Below, in pieces: positions 20,291 to 31,521 of a stretch of 64,000 nucleotides of DNA. A program made the position numbers and the translations under genes. Source of the stretch: Gemmatimonadaceae bacterium (GTDB lineage Bacteria; Gemmatimonadota; Gemmatimonadetes; Gemmatimonadales; Gemmatimonadaceae); the NCBI GenBank assembly GCA_036504815.1, contig DASXUN010000003.1, positions 220,784 through 284,783 of the forward strand, in the 5' to 3' direction. The first letter of the stretch is position 1, and each line of letters starts with the position of its first letter. The notes beneath the pieces were generated by a model. The model did not search any database, was not told the origin of the DNA, and worked only from the letters and a program-made list of their open reading frames with translations.

Positions 20291-21168
20291 ACGCCCCTGA
20301 CGGCAGCCCTCCGGGGCTGTGGCGTCTGTTCCTCGAGACGCTGACCGGCCGCCGGCCGGTGGAGACCAGCGGTCCACTCCTGAACGCGTTCCTCGGCATG
20401 CCGGGCCCGGTGCGCGACCTCGTGCGCTGGCTGCTGCGTCCCAGGCGACGCTTCCTGTTCGGCCGCCTGCGGGCGCTCGCCGATGACCGGGTGATGAGTG
20501 GCCCCTTCCGCGGGATGCGGCTGGCGGGCTACCCCGCCGCCCCCGAACTGCTGGGCTGCTACGAGCGGGAGCTCTTTCCGGTCGTGCAGGAACTCGCCAG
20601 CGGATCGTTTGACAGGGTCATCAACGTGGGCGCCCGATACGGATACTACGCCATCGGCTTTGCGCGACTGCTGCCCGCCGTGCCGGTGATCGCATTCGAG
20701 GCGGAGACGGAGGCGCGTCGCACTCTGGCGGGCGCTGCGGCAGCGAATGGAGTCGCCGATCGCGTGCGGGTACGCGGCTACTGCGATGTGGCGGACCTCA
20801 TCGCGGCACTCGCCGAGGGCACCCGCCCGCTCCTCGTCTGCGACATCGAAGGGGGCGAGATGACGCTGCTCGATCCGGCGCGGGTGTCGGCGCTGCGCAA
20901 CGCGACCATCCTCGTCGAGTGTCACGGATCCCCGGCATCGTCCACCGAACTGACGATGGCAGCGCGCTTCCTTCCGTCGCACCAGCTGCGCCGCGTCGCG
21001 ACCGAGGGGCGCGTGCTCGCCCAGCTTCCGGAGGGCGTAGCCGAGCCGTGGCGGTCGCGGATGCCGCGCACGACCGAGGCCCTGATGCAGGAAAACCGGA
21101 CCGTGCCGCAGTCGTGGCTGCTGCTTACACCCCGAGCATCTTCAGCACCGCATCCTTCGGCACCGTAA
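20287..21168 (+). CDS. FkbM-type class I SAM-dependent methyltransferase
   Basis: ORF 20185..21168. VINVGARYGYYAIGFARLL...VIAFEAE pattern. GTG 20287 is chosen because of GTGA coupling to the small ORF. Start is uncertain. Confidence 0.72.
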   Translation: MNAPDGSPPGLWRLFLETLTGRRPVETSGPLLNAFLGMPGPVRDLVRWLLRPRRRFLFGRLRALADDRVMSGPFRGMRLAGYPAAPELLGCYERELFPVVQELASGSFDRVINVGARYGYYAIGFARLLPAVPVIAFEAETEARRTLAGAAAANGVADRVRVRGYCDVADLIAALAEGTRPLLVCDIEGGEMTLLDPARVSALRNATILVECHGSPASSTELTMAARFLPSHQLRRVATEGRVLAQLPEGVAEPWRSRMPRTTEALMQENRTVPQSWLLLTPRASSAPHPSAP

Positions 21169-22345
21169 CGCGGCGGACGGTGAAGACGCGCAGCCAGCGC
21201 GCCGAGCGATAGAGTTGGTCGGCGAGCACCGGGAGGTTGATGGCGCCGGCCATGCCCGCGCTGGTCAGCCGCTCCACATGCCCGTCGCGCGTGAGCACGG
21301 GCAGGTCGAGCCCGAGCATCTGCTCCTTCTGCGGATAGTCGATGAGCACTTCACCCGCGGCAAAGCCCAGCGCGTCCGCCATGGCATCCTCGGCGGCGCG
21401 CGCGCGGTCGTGGTTCTCGGCAATCCACTCGAGGTCGATGCCGTCGAGCTCCGCGGCCGGGCACTCCATGGCGCGCTTGTACAGGCGGCGCGACAGAATG
21501 GCCTCGAGCAGCGCGCTCGGCGTGCGCGCGCGCAGCGCGTGGAGCAGCCCCTCGTCGGTGTGCGCGACGAGTTCGTCGGCGCCCAGGGCGCCCGCGCGCA
21601 GCGCGTCGTCCACCAGGCGCTTGTACATCGCGGTCGGGCTGCGCACGGCGTGGTGCCAGTAGACGTTGCGGTACATCTGGTACTTGGCGAAGAGGAGCGA
21701 CTCGAGGGCGCTGAGCGCCTTCTCGCGCACGCCGATGGCCGCGTGCCCGAGGCGCGGATCCTCCACGACCACGAGCGCGTGCAGGAGGCGGTCCACGTCG
21801 ATTTCGCCGTAGGGGACGCCGCACATCAGGGCGTCGCGCTTCAGGTAGTCGGTCTTGTCGAGGTCGAGCGAGCCGCTGATGAGGCCCTGGAGCGGCGAGG
21901 CGCTCTCGCCGCGCATCAGGGCGAAGACGCGCTCCGGTGCGTCGGCGGCGATCTCGCTGCGCAGGATGTCGGCCACCGCGCCGGTGGTGATCATCGGTTC
22001 GGCCACCGCCTCGTGGTGCATGGCGCCGATCTCTTCCAGCGCATGCGAGAACGGATAATGGCCGACGTCGTGCAGCAGCGCGGCGGCGGCCACGACCTCG
22101 GGTTCCTCCGGGGCAACGTGATCGAGCATGCCGGCTTCGTCGAGCCGTGCCAGGGTCCGGTTGGTCAGGTGAAACGCCCCCAGCGCGTGCTCGAACCGCG
22201 AATGCGTGGCGCCGGGATAGACGAGGTGCGCCAGTCCCAGCTGCCGCACATAACGCAGGCGCTGCACCACCGGCGTGTCGGCGAGCCGGAGGAACGGCCC
22301 GTCGATGCGGATGTTGTTCCAGAGGGGATCTCTGATGAAGGGCAT
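21125..22345 (-). CDS. HD-domain phosphohydrolase (dNTPase/SAMHD1-like family)
   Basis: RLRYVRQLGLAHLVYPGATHSRFEHALGAFHL...LLHDVGHYPFSHALEE. The 3' end overlaps the convergent methyltransferase by 44 nt. Confidence 0.85.
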   Translation of the reverse strand: MPFIRDPLWNNIRIDGPFLRLADTPVVQRLRYVRQLGLAHLVYPGATHSRFEHALGAFHLTNRTLARLDEAGMLDHVAPEEPEVVAAAALLHDVGHYPFSHALEEIGAMHHEAVAEPMITTGAVADILRSEIAADAPERVFALMRGESASPLQGLISGSLDLDKTDYLKRDALMCGVPYGEIDVDRLLHALVVVEDPRLGHAAIGVREKALSALESLLFAKYQMYRNVYWHHAVRSPTAMYKRLVDDALRAGALGADELVAHTDEGLLHALRARTPSALLEAILSRRLYKRAMECPAAELDGIDLEWIAENHDRARAAEDAMADALGFAAGEVLIDYPQKEQMLGLDLPVLTRDGHVERLTSAGMAGAINLPVLADQLYRSARWLRVFTVRRVTVPKDAVLKMLGV

Positions 22346-22370
22346 GGAGTGGCGGGCGAGGGACTAGGGC

Positions 22371-22412
22371 GGCGGATGATGGCAGATGGCAGATGGCGGA
22401 CGGCAGATGATA
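22371..22412. repeat. heptamer tandem array (GATGGCA/GATGGCG), about 5-6 copies
   Basis: ..gatggca gatggca gatggcg gacggca gatgata. About 26 nt upstream of the HD-gene start and 122 nt upstream of the next plus-strand gene. Confidence 0.85.
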
Positions 22413-22533
22413 AAGGTGGGGTCGCTCGCGGACATGGGCCAGCATCGCGCCGCTGCGTCGGGGGTCATCCGGTTGCGTCCGGCGGCGGGGGCGCCGCAGT
22501 ATTCACGGAACGTCTGACCACCGGGCCGACTCC

Positions 22534-23081
22534 ATGCACGCATCGCGGCTGCTCCGTGCCTCGCTCGTTGCCTGCGCCCTGCTGACGCTCGCCGCGTGCG
22601 CGCGCCGTCGGGCGACGCTCGCGCCCACCCCGCGCGCACCAGCCGAGCCGGTGCGCGTGATGGGCCCCGTCGGCGACGGGCCGTGCGCGGATTGCGGCCC
22701 GCGCGTGGCCGATGACGAAGTGATGCGTGCCGTCGCGACGCGCGTGGCCGACCTCAAGGCGCGCGGCGGATCATGTCAGGCGTACGCCGAGGTGCTCGCG
22801 GTATCGCTCGCCGCCCAGCGCATCGTGGTGCACCCCTTCATGTGGCGCGTGGGGCCGTTCCTCGCGTCGGCCCAGGCCAAGTCCACCGGCGAGATTGACG
22901 TCGCCCGCGAAGTGGACGCCCTGAACATCGGCCGCCGCTCCCTCGACGAGGTGGTGCACAGCGTGGAGCACGAGGCGGCGCATATCGCCTTCGCCATTCC
23001 GTCGGGCGCCCCGTTCAACGAGGCGCTGGTGGATGAACGAGTGCGCGAATGCCGCGGAACCGCGACGCGGGACGGGGCGGG

Positions 23082-23085
<4 letters not shown>
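22534..23085 (+). CDS. small lipoprotein with an HExxH motif (putative metallopeptidase-like)
   Basis: MHASRLLRASLVACALLTLAAC lipobox. VEHEAAHIAF contains HEAAH. I recognise no other family. Confidence 0.55.
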
Positions 23086-24701
<1,616 letters not shown>

Positions 24702-24725
24702 TGCGATTTCTCGGGTTGGGCGTGC

Positions 24726-24751
24726 GACGGGCTCCCGTGAGGGAGCCCGTC
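24726..24751. other. perfect 11-bp hairpin between maeB and pckA
   Basis: gacgggctccc-gtga-gggagcccgtc. No U-tract. Possibly an intercistronic stabiliser or terminator. Confidence 0.4.
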
Positions 24752-24773
24752 GGGGTGTAACCACTAAAGATAA

Positions 24774-27023
24774 CTATCTGGAGCGATTCTGGGAGTCGAT
24801 GACGGCCACGGCGGCCATATTGACGATGTCCTGGGTGTCGGCGCCCTGCTCGAGCACGTGGACGGGGTGGTTCATGCCCACCAGAATGGGGCCGATCGCC
24901 GTCGCTCCGCCGAGGCTCTTGAGGAGCTTGTACGACGTGTTGCCCGCGCTCAGCATCGGGAAGATGAGCACGTTGGCTGCCTGCTTGAGCCGGCTGAACG
25001 GATACCGCATGGCGAGCACGTTCTCATCGAAGGCCGTGTCGGCGTGCATCTCGCCGTCCACGATGAGGTCGGGCTCCACCGCGCGCAGGATCTTCACCGC
25101 CTCGGCCACCTTGGCCGCTTCGGGGTGCTTGACCGACCCGAAGTTGGAAAACGAGAGCATCGCCACACGCGGCTCGATGCCGAAGGTGCGCACGAGGCGC
25201 GCCGCCGACTGCGCGATCTTGGCGAGCTGCTCCGCCGTCGGATCGATGTTGACCGTGGTGTCGCCGAAGAAGATGGCGCGGTTGTTGATCACCATCATGT
25301 AGAGGCCGGCGACGAGACCCGTCTTGGGCTCGGCGCCAACGACTTCGAGCGCCGGGCGGATCGTCTCGGGATAGTGCTTGTTCAACCCGGCCACGACCGC
25401 GTCCGCATCGCCGCTGTTGACCATCTGGCTGGCGAAGTAGATGCCGCGGCCCATCACCGAGTAGGCCTCGTCGCGCGACATGCCGCGGCGCTTCCGGCGG
25501 TTCCACAGCTCTTCCGCGTAAAGTTCGCGTTCCGGCGCCGTGTTGGGGTCGATGACGCTGATGTCGCCGAGTTCGATCCCGAGTTCGCTGAGGCGCTGCT
25601 GCATCTGCGCCGGGCGGCCGAGGAGGATCGGCTTCGCGATCCCCTCCTCCTGCAGGATGTGCGCGGCGCGGATGACCTTGGGATCCTCGCCCTCGGGGAA
25701 GACGACGCGCTTCGGATTGCGGTGCGCGCGCATCTGGATGCCGCGCATCACACTGCGCGACTGGCCCAGCCGGCCCTCGAGCTGCTCGCGGTACGCCTCG
25801 ACCTCGATGAACTCCTTGGCCACGCCGCTGCCGATTGCCGCCCACGCCACCGCCGGCGCCACGTAGAGCAGCACGCGCGGATCGAACGGGAAGGGGATGA
25901 TGTAGTCGGGACCGTACTGGACCTTGGTCAGCCCGTAGAGGGCGGCCACCGACTCCGGCACCGGCTCGCGCGCGAGCTCGGCGAGCGCGCGGGTCGCGGC
26001 CATCTTCATCTCCTCGTTGATCGTCGTCGCGCGCACGTCGAGCGCGCCGCGGAAGATGAACGGGAAGCAGAGGACGTTGTTGATCTGGTTGGGATAGTCG
26101 CTGCGGCCCGTGGCGCAGATGGCCTCGGGGCGCACCGCCTTCACTTCGTCGGGCAGGATCTCCGGCGTCGGGTTGGCGAGGGCGAAGACGATCGGGCTCG
26201 GCCCCATCGACTTCACCATGTCCTGCGTGCAGGCGCCGGCGGCCGACAGGCCCACGAAGACATCGGCGCCCACCATCGCGTCGGCCAGCGTCCGGTTCTT
26301 CGTCTCGTGCGCGAACTTGGCCTTGTGCGGCTCCATGTCCTTCTCGCGGCCGGCATAGATGACGCCCTTGCGGTCGCACAGCGTCACATTGCGCCGGTCC
26401 ACGCCGAGCCGGACGTAGTGCTCGGCCACCGAAATGGCCGAGGCGCCGGCGCCGCTGAAGACGACCTTCACCTGGTCGAGCTTCTTGCCGACGATCTCCA
26501 CGGCGTTGAGCAGCGCGGCGCCCGAAATGATGGCGGTGCCATGCTGGTCGTCGTGAAAGACCGGGATCTTCATGGTCTCCTTCAGCTTCTCCTCGATGTA
26601 GAAGCACTCCGGAGCCTTGATGTCCTCGAGATTGATGCCGCCGAGCGTCGGCTCGACCAGCTGGCAGAACCGGATGATCTCCTCCGGGTCCTCCGAGGCG
26701 ATCTCGAGGTCGAAGACGTCGATGTCGGCGAACTGCTTGAAGAGGTTGCCCTTGCCTTCCATCACCGGCTTGCCGGCGAGCGCCCCGATGTTGCCCAGGC
26801 CGAGCACGGCGGTGCCGTTGGAAATCACCGCCACCAGGTTGCCCTTCGCGGTGTAGCGGTAGGCGTCATCGGGATTCTTCTCGATGTCGAGGCAGGGCTC
26901 GGCGACGCCGGGAGAGTAGGCGAGCGCGAGGTCGCGCTGATTGGCGAGCGGCTTGGTGGCGACGACAGCGATCTTCCCGGGACGCCCACGGGAGTGGTAT
27001 TCGAGAGCTTCTTCGCGTTTCAT
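24774..27023 (-). CDS. maeB: NADP-dependent malic enzyme with C-terminal phosphotransacetylase-like domain
   Basis: [39 protein letters not shown]. 749 aa with a PTA-like C-terminal half. Confidence 0.95.
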   Translation of the reverse strand: MKREEALEYHSRGRPGKIAVVATKPLANQRDLALAYSPGVAEPCLDIEKNPDDAYRYTAKGNLVAVISNGTAVLGLGNIGALAGKPVMEGKGNLFKQFADIDVFDLEIASEDPEEIIRFCQLVEPTLGGINLEDIKAPECFYIEEKLKETMKIPVFHDDQHGTAIISGAALLNAVEIVGKKLDQVKVVFSGAGASAISVAEHYVRLGVDRRNVTLCDRKGVIYAGREKDMEPHKAKFAHETKNRTLADAMVGADVFVGLSAAGACTQDMVKSMGPSPIVFALANPTPEILPDEVKAVRPEAICATGRSDYPNQINNVLCFPFIFRGALDVRATTINEEMKMAATRALAELAREPVPESVAALYGLTKVQYGPDYIIPFPFDPRVLLYVAPAVAWAAIGSGVAKEFIEVEAYREQLEGRLGQSRSVMRGIQMRAHRNPKRVVFPEGEDPKVIRAAHILQEEGIAKPILLGRPAQMQQRLSELGIELGDISVIDPNTAPERELYAEELWNRRKRRGMSRDEAYSVMGRGIYFASQMVNSGDADAVVAGLNKHYPETIRPALEVVGAEPKTGLVAGLYMMVINNRAIFFGDTTVNIDPTAEQLAKIAQSAARLVRTFGIEPRVAMLSFSNFGSVKHPEAAKVAEAVKILRAVEPDLIVDGEMHADTAFDENVLAMRYPFSRLKQAANVLIFPMLSAGNTSYKLLKSLGGATAIGPILVGMNHPVHVLEQGADTQDIVNMAAVAVIDSQNRSR

Positions 27024-27092
27024 AGTGGCGTGAAAGATAGCGGCCGAGCGCTCGGGTCGGTCAGCGGCCCAGCCGAAATGCGGTGGATTCCC

Positions 27093-27746
27093 TTACAATC
27101 GAATCCCAACGGGTTGCCGCACTACCCAACGCAGGGTGGCAACGTCGCGTTGGCTCGGGATCGTGACCGCGGGCTGGGCAAACATCACGTCGAGAGCGTT
27201 GGTGCTATGCCCGCCGATTCCCACGGCATGCCCGAGTTCGTGCGTCACGAGCGCGCGCAGCGTGTTGATGGCGTTGGTCGCCGCCGGGTTGATGGAGATG
27301 TCAACCTTGACGCGCCCTGAGGCCGGTCCCCCGAGCAACGGCAGCGTCAGTGCGCTGTCGCGGGCGGGGCAGAAGAAGGTGACGCCTCCAGCGAATGCCG
27401 GCGGTTCACTGCACCCCGCGAGCGCCACCAGCCGCGGCGCCGAGCTGACGTGGATGATCACATCCGCGTCGGCGACCGATGCGGCGGTGCGGAAGCTGAA
27501 TTGACTTCCTCCAAGGGCCGCCTTCCACGCCGACATTCCGGCCGCGGCTGCCCCGGCGAGATCCACGCTGGCGCCCACCGCGGTCGGATCGACGTAGACG
27601 GCAATGGACTGACCAGTCGGCCATCGGTAGACGGCGCCGCCCGACAACTGCGTGGGGTCGTACGCCGGCGGATCGAGGCGTGGGGCCGCGGCGTCGGTGC
27701 ACGCGGCGGCGAGCAGGATGAGGGCGGTCAGGTGGCGGCGAGGCAC
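27093..27746 (-). CDS. matrixin-like (M10) zinc metalloprotease lipoprotein
   Basis: THELGHAVGIGGHS matches HExxHxxGxxH. LILLAAAC lipobox. Confidence 0.75.
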   Translation of the reverse strand: MPRRHLTALILLAAACTDAAAPRLDPPAYDPTQLSGGAVYRWPTGQSIAVYVDPTAVGASVDLAGAAAAGMSAWKAALGGSQFSFRTAASVADADVIIHVSSAPRLVALAGCSEPPAFAGGVTFFCPARDSALTLPLLGGPASGRVKVDISINPAATNAINTLRALVTHELGHAVGIGGHSTNALDVMFAQPAVTIPSQRDVATLRWVVRQPVGIRL

Positions 27747-27888
27747 GCCTCAAACTAGGACGGGTAGCCGCGAAGGCCAACACGGATCGCCAGGGGCCGT
27801 CCGGGGTAGGAAGGCGAGGCCCGACCGGCGCGGCCGACCGGCGCCTCGCCTAGCGCGGGGAGGTTGACGCCAGTAATCTCCGTCTGAC

Positions 27889-28245
27889 ATGCCCCCGCTC
27901 CCCACTCGTCCTCGTCCCTCGCTGCCGAACTGGCGCCGCGCGATCGCCACCGCGTTGCTGGCGTTGCAGGCCGTCGTGGCGTGGCTGCCGCTGGGTGAGC
28001 AGCGCGGCGCGGTGCGCTTCGACTCGCACGTCGAGGCGCCGGGGAGTCTCCATCTACCGCCGCACGATGACGCGACGTGCGCCGTCTGCGCGGCGCGCGC
28101 GCTGTGGGGGACGGCTCCACAAGCCAGTGCGGCCTCGCTGCTGCCGGTGCTGATGGAACAGGTGGACATCGACGTTCGCGCGATCGCGCCGGCCGTCGGC
28201 GTCAAGCCGGACAACCATTCGAGGGCGCCGCCGGTCGAGGGTTGA
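27889..28245 (+). CDS. hypothetical membrane-anchored protein with a His/Cys cluster
   Basis: GC3-rich ORF. One TM helix (AIATALLALQAVVAWLPL). HLPPHDDATCAVCAA cluster. First gene of the metal-uptake cluster. Confidence 0.45.
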   Translation: MPPLPTRPRPSLPNWRRAIATALLALQAVVAWLPLGEQRGAVRFDSHVEAPGSLHLPPHDDATCAVCAARALWGTAPQASAASLLPVLMEQVDIDVRAIAPAVGVKPDNHSRAPPVEG

Positions 28246-28334
28246 GTTCGCCGCGGTCATGCCGCGGCGGCGCCGCTCCCCCGTTCCGCAGTTCACTGCG
28301 GATCACGAATCCGGTTCACATCCGTCCCTCCCTT

Positions 28335-29648
28335 ATGCGACCCATGTTCCGATTGGGCGTGCTGCTGTGCCTTGCCGGCACGGCCGGCGCCCAGCAGAGC
28401 CCAGACTCCACTGCGCGCCGGCAGCAGCGAATGCTCGATTCGCTGGCCGCCGCGCTGACCGCGGTGCAGGGCAAGCTCGACAGCATCTCGTCAGCGCCGC
28501 CGCCCGCCGCCCCGGCCCGCACGAGCGGCGCGTACATGAACGTCAGCTTCGTCGGCCTGACCGATTTTGCCTGGTCATCCGAGAAGGATCTTGGCGCCCT
28601 GCAAGTGGGCGACCATGAGCCGCACGTGCGCGGCTTCGCCATCCCGAATGCCGAGCTGGCCCTCGACGGCACGGTGGATCCCTACCTCAAGGCGTTCGTG
28701 AATATCGTGCACAAGCTGGACGCCAACGGCGAGACGGGCGTCGAGCTCGAGGAGATGTACTTCCTCACGACGTCGTTGCCGCACAACCTGCAGGTGAAGG
28801 GCGGGCAGTTCTTCGCCGAGTTCGGGCGCCAGAACCCGCAGCACCCGCATTCGTGGGCCTTTGCGGATCAGCCGCTCGCGCTCAATCGCATGTTCGGGCC
28901 GGAAGGGCTGCGCAGCCAGGGACTGCGCGTCTCGTGGCTCCTGCCGACATCGTTCTACACCGAGGCCACGGTGGCCGTGCTCAACAGCGCGGGGACGACG
29001 ACGTGGAGTTTCCGCTCGGACGAATCGGCGCAGATCCATGCGGGTGCGCCGGTCGACCGCGCCGTACGTGGCGTCGGCGACATGCTGTACGTCCCGCGAC
29101 TCGCCACGTCGGTGGACCTGTCGGAGACGCAGACGCTGCTGTTCGGCGTCTCCGGCGCGTTCGGCCCGAACAACTCGGGTGACGCGGCGAAGACGCGGGT
29201 CTACGGTGCCGACGTGTACTGGAAGTGGAAGTCGCCCACGGCGCGCAAGGGTTTCCCCTTTGTCGCGTTCCAGGGCGAAGGGCTCGTGCGCCGCTACGAC
29301 GCTGCGTCCCGCACCGCCGTTGATGCGTTCCGCGTGGCGCTGCCCGCCGCGACCCTCAAGGATGACGGCGCCTACGCGCAGGTGCAGTGGGGCATCCGTC
29401 CCATGCTCGTGGCTGGGCTGCGCGCGGAGTACGCCACGGGCAACGGCGTCGTCGCGGAGACGCCGTTCACCACGGCGGAGCGCGCAAACCGCAACCGCTA
29501 CTCGACCAACCTGACCTGGTTCCCGACGGAGTACTCGAAGTTCCGGATCCAGTACAACTACGATCATCGCGCCTGGGTCGGCAACGACCACACCGTGCTC
29601 CTGCAGTTCGAATTCCTGCTCGGCGCGCACGCGGCCCACAAGTTCTAA
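28335..29648 (+). CDS. outer-membrane beta-barrel (porin-like) protein
   Basis: ORF 28077..29648. Signal peptide MRPMFRLGVLLCLAGTAGAQQ gives a start at 28335. Alternating beta-strand pattern. C-terminal ...FEFLLGAHAAHKF ends in Phe. Confidence 0.65.
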   Translation: MRPMFRLGVLLCLAGTAGAQQSPDSTARRQQRMLDSLAAALTAVQGKLDSISSAPPPAAPARTSGAYMNVSFVGLTDFAWSSEKDLGALQVGDHEPHVRGFAIPNAELALDGTVDPYLKAFVNIVHKLDANGETGVELEEMYFLTTSLPHNLQVKGGQFFAEFGRQNPQHPHSWAFADQPLALNRMFGPEGLRSQGLRVSWLLPTSFYTEATVAVLNSAGTTTWSFRSDESAQIHAGAPVDRAVRGVGDMLYVPRLATSVDLSETQTLLFGVSGAFGPNNSGDAAKTRVYGADVYWKWKSPTARKGFPFVAFQGEGLVRRYDAASRTAVDAFRVALPAATLKDDGAYAQVQWGIRPMLVAGLRAEYATGNGVVAETPFTTAERANRNRYSTNLTWFPTEYSKFRIQYNYDHRAWVGNDHTVLLQFEFLLGAHAAHKF

Positions 29649-29665
29649 ACCTCACCCGGACCAAC

Positions 29666-30598
29666 ATGACTACCCTGACACACCTCGTGCTCGCCTTCGC
29701 CGCGCTGCTCCCCACGGCGGGCGGCGTCGAGGCGCCCCCTCCGGCCAAGCTGCTCAATGTGGTGGCCACGACCCCGGATCTCGCGGCGCTGGCGCGGGCC
29801 ATCGGCGGCGCTGCCGTGGACGTGAAAGCGCTCGCCAAGCCGACCGAAGACCCGCATTTCGTGGATGCGAAGCCGAGCCTGGTGGTGACACTCAACCGCG
29901 CGGACATGCTGATCGAGGGCGGCGCCGAACTCGAGATGGGATGGCTGCCGCCGCTGCTGGAGAGCGCGCGCAACGACCGGATCGCCGCCGGGTCCCCCGG
30001 CCGCGTGTCGGCGTCGACGGGAATTCGCATGCTCGAAGTGCCGACGTCGTTCGACCGTTCCAAGGGGGACGTCCATTCGATGGGCAATCCGCACTTCCTC
30101 CTGGATCCGGTCAACGTCCGGCTGGTCGTGACGCAGATCGCTCAGCATATGGCGCAGGTCGACCCCGCGTCGGCGGCGCTCTTCCGTGACAACCTCAAGA
30201 ACTTCCTGGCAACGCTCGAGGTGAAGGCCGCCGCGTGGCAGAAGGAACTGGAGCCGTTTCGCGGCGCCAAGATCGTGACGTATCACAAGGACTTCGTCTA
30301 CCTGGCCGAGCGGTACAAGCTGGAGGTCGCGGAGACACTCGAGCCGAAGCCGGGCATCGAGCCGTCTCCGATCCATCTGGCGGCAGTCATTGGAACCATG
30401 CGCGCGCAGAAGGTGCGCGTCATTCTCGTGCAGCCGTTCCAGAATCGGAAGACGGCGGAGACGGTGGCGCGTCAGACGGATGCGGTGGTGCTCGACATGC
30501 CGCAGCAACCGGGCGTCAAGCCCAATACCGCGACGTACTTCGACCTGATGGATTCGCTCGTGCACACGCTCGCCACCGCACTGCAGGAGAAGAAATGA
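29666..30598 (+). CDS. metal ABC transporter substrate-binding protein (ZnuA/TroA family)
   Basis: ORF 29387..30598. Start at ATG 29666 (MTTLTHLVLAF). GNPHFLLDP motif; YHKDFVYLAERY. Confidence 0.85.
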   Translation: MTTLTHLVLAFAALLPTAGGVEAPPPAKLLNVVATTPDLAALARAIGGAAVDVKALAKPTEDPHFVDAKPSLVVTLNRADMLIEGGAELEMGWLPPLLESARNDRIAAGSPGRVSASTGIRMLEVPTSFDRSKGDVHSMGNPHFLLDPVNVRLVVTQIAQHMAQVDPASAALFRDNLKNFLATLEVKAAAWQKELEPFRGAKIVTYHKDFVYLAERYKLEVAETLEPKPGIEPSPIHLAAVIGTMRAQKVRVILVQPFQNRKTAETVARQTDAVVLDMPQQPGVKPNTATYFDLMDSLVHTLATALQEKK

Positions 30599-31440
30599 TG
30601 CATGTCGATTTCGACGTGGCCTGGCAGGTCATGAAGTGGCCGCTGGCGGCCTGTCTTGTCCTGCCGCCGCTGCTCGTCTACCTCGGGCTGCACGTGGTGA
30701 AGCGCGAGGTGATCTTCGTGGACCTGGCCCTCGCCCAGCTGGCGACGCTGGGCACCTGCGTCGCGCTGATCCTGGGGTACAGCTTCAGCGACCGCATTTC
30801 GTTCTGGATCTCACTGGCGGTCACTTTCGCCGGGGCAGCGCTGTTCAGCTGGTCGCGCAACAGCGAGCGGCAGCACGTGCCGCAGGAAGCGATCATCGGC
30901 ATCACTTTCGTGGTGGCGGCCGCCGGCGTGATCCTCCTGCTCAGCCGGGTGGCTGGCGGCAAGGAGGAACTCGAGCACCTGCTGACGGGCGACATCCTGA
31001 ACGTCACGGCCCGGGACGTGGGGCAGCGGGCGGCGATCTTCGTGGTGCTCGCCGGCTTCTTCGGCGCCTTCCATCGGCATTTCGCGCTGATCTCCGAGGA
31101 TGCGAAGGCGGCCGCGGCGACCGGACTGCGCGTGCGGCTCTGGGACTTCCTGTTCTACGCGGCGTTCGCGGTGGTCGTCGTTTTCTTCGTGCGCGTCGCG
31201 GGCGTGCTGCTGACATTCGCGTACCTCATCGTGCCGGCGGTGTGCAGCGTGATGCTGGCCAGGACGTGGAAATCGCGGCTGCTGGTCGGCTGGGCGATTG
31301 CCGCGCTGTCCAGCCTGGTGGGACTGTACGCCTCCTTCGCCATGGACTTCCCGACGGGCGCCGCCATCGTCTGCGCCTGCGGACTCGCCCTCGTGCTCGT
31401 GACGATCGGCGTGAGCTTCAGGCAGGGCAAGCTGGTCTAG
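30595..31440 (+). CDS. metal ABC transporter permease (ZnuB/ABC-3 family)
   Basis: ORF 30235..31440. Start at ATG 30595, overlapping the previous stop (ATGA). Polytopic: LVYLGLHVVKREVIFVDLALAQLATLG. Confidence 0.85.
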   Translation: MMHVDFDVAWQVMKWPLAACLVLPPLLVYLGLHVVKREVIFVDLALAQLATLGTCVALILGYSFSDRISFWISLAVTFAGAALFSWSRNSERQHVPQEAIIGITFVVAAAGVILLLSRVAGGKEELEHLLTGDILNVTARDVGQRAAIFVVLAGFFGAFHRHFALISEDAKAAAATGLRVRLWDFLFYAAFAVVVVFFVRVAGVLLTFAYLIVPAVCSVMLARTWKSRLLVGWAIAALSSLVGLYASFAMDFPTGAAIVCACGLALVLVTIGVSFRQGKLV

Positions 31441-31458
31441 TCCGATGCCCTGAAGCCG

Positions 31459-31493
31459 AGCGGCGCTCGCGGGAAGGTCCCGCGGGCGCCGCT
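31459..31493. terminator. 16-bp hairpin between convergent genes (bidirectional terminator candidate)
   Basis: agcggcgctcgcggga-agg-tcccgcgggcgccgct, one mismatch. Confidence 0.55.
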
Positions 31494-31521
31494 GTCCATT
31501 GTGGGCCACGGAGCGGCGACT

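Noticed and set aside
24858-27320. 820-aa plus-strand ORF. Similar long ORFs occur at 41053..43449, 13828..15831, 35140..37053, 23319..24740 and 59494..60987.
   Set aside because: Each is antisense to, or out of frame with, a gene that has unmistakable family motifs: maeB, lepA, uvrA, ftsE/metB-like, pckA and typA. All show the same R/G/A/H/D low-complexity composition.
27747-27888. Possible Zur/Fur-type operator upstream of the metal-uptake cluster
   Set aside because: No AT-rich palindrome of the usual Zur or Fur type is visible. The only promoter-like hexamers (ttgacg / taatct) are too closely spaced.
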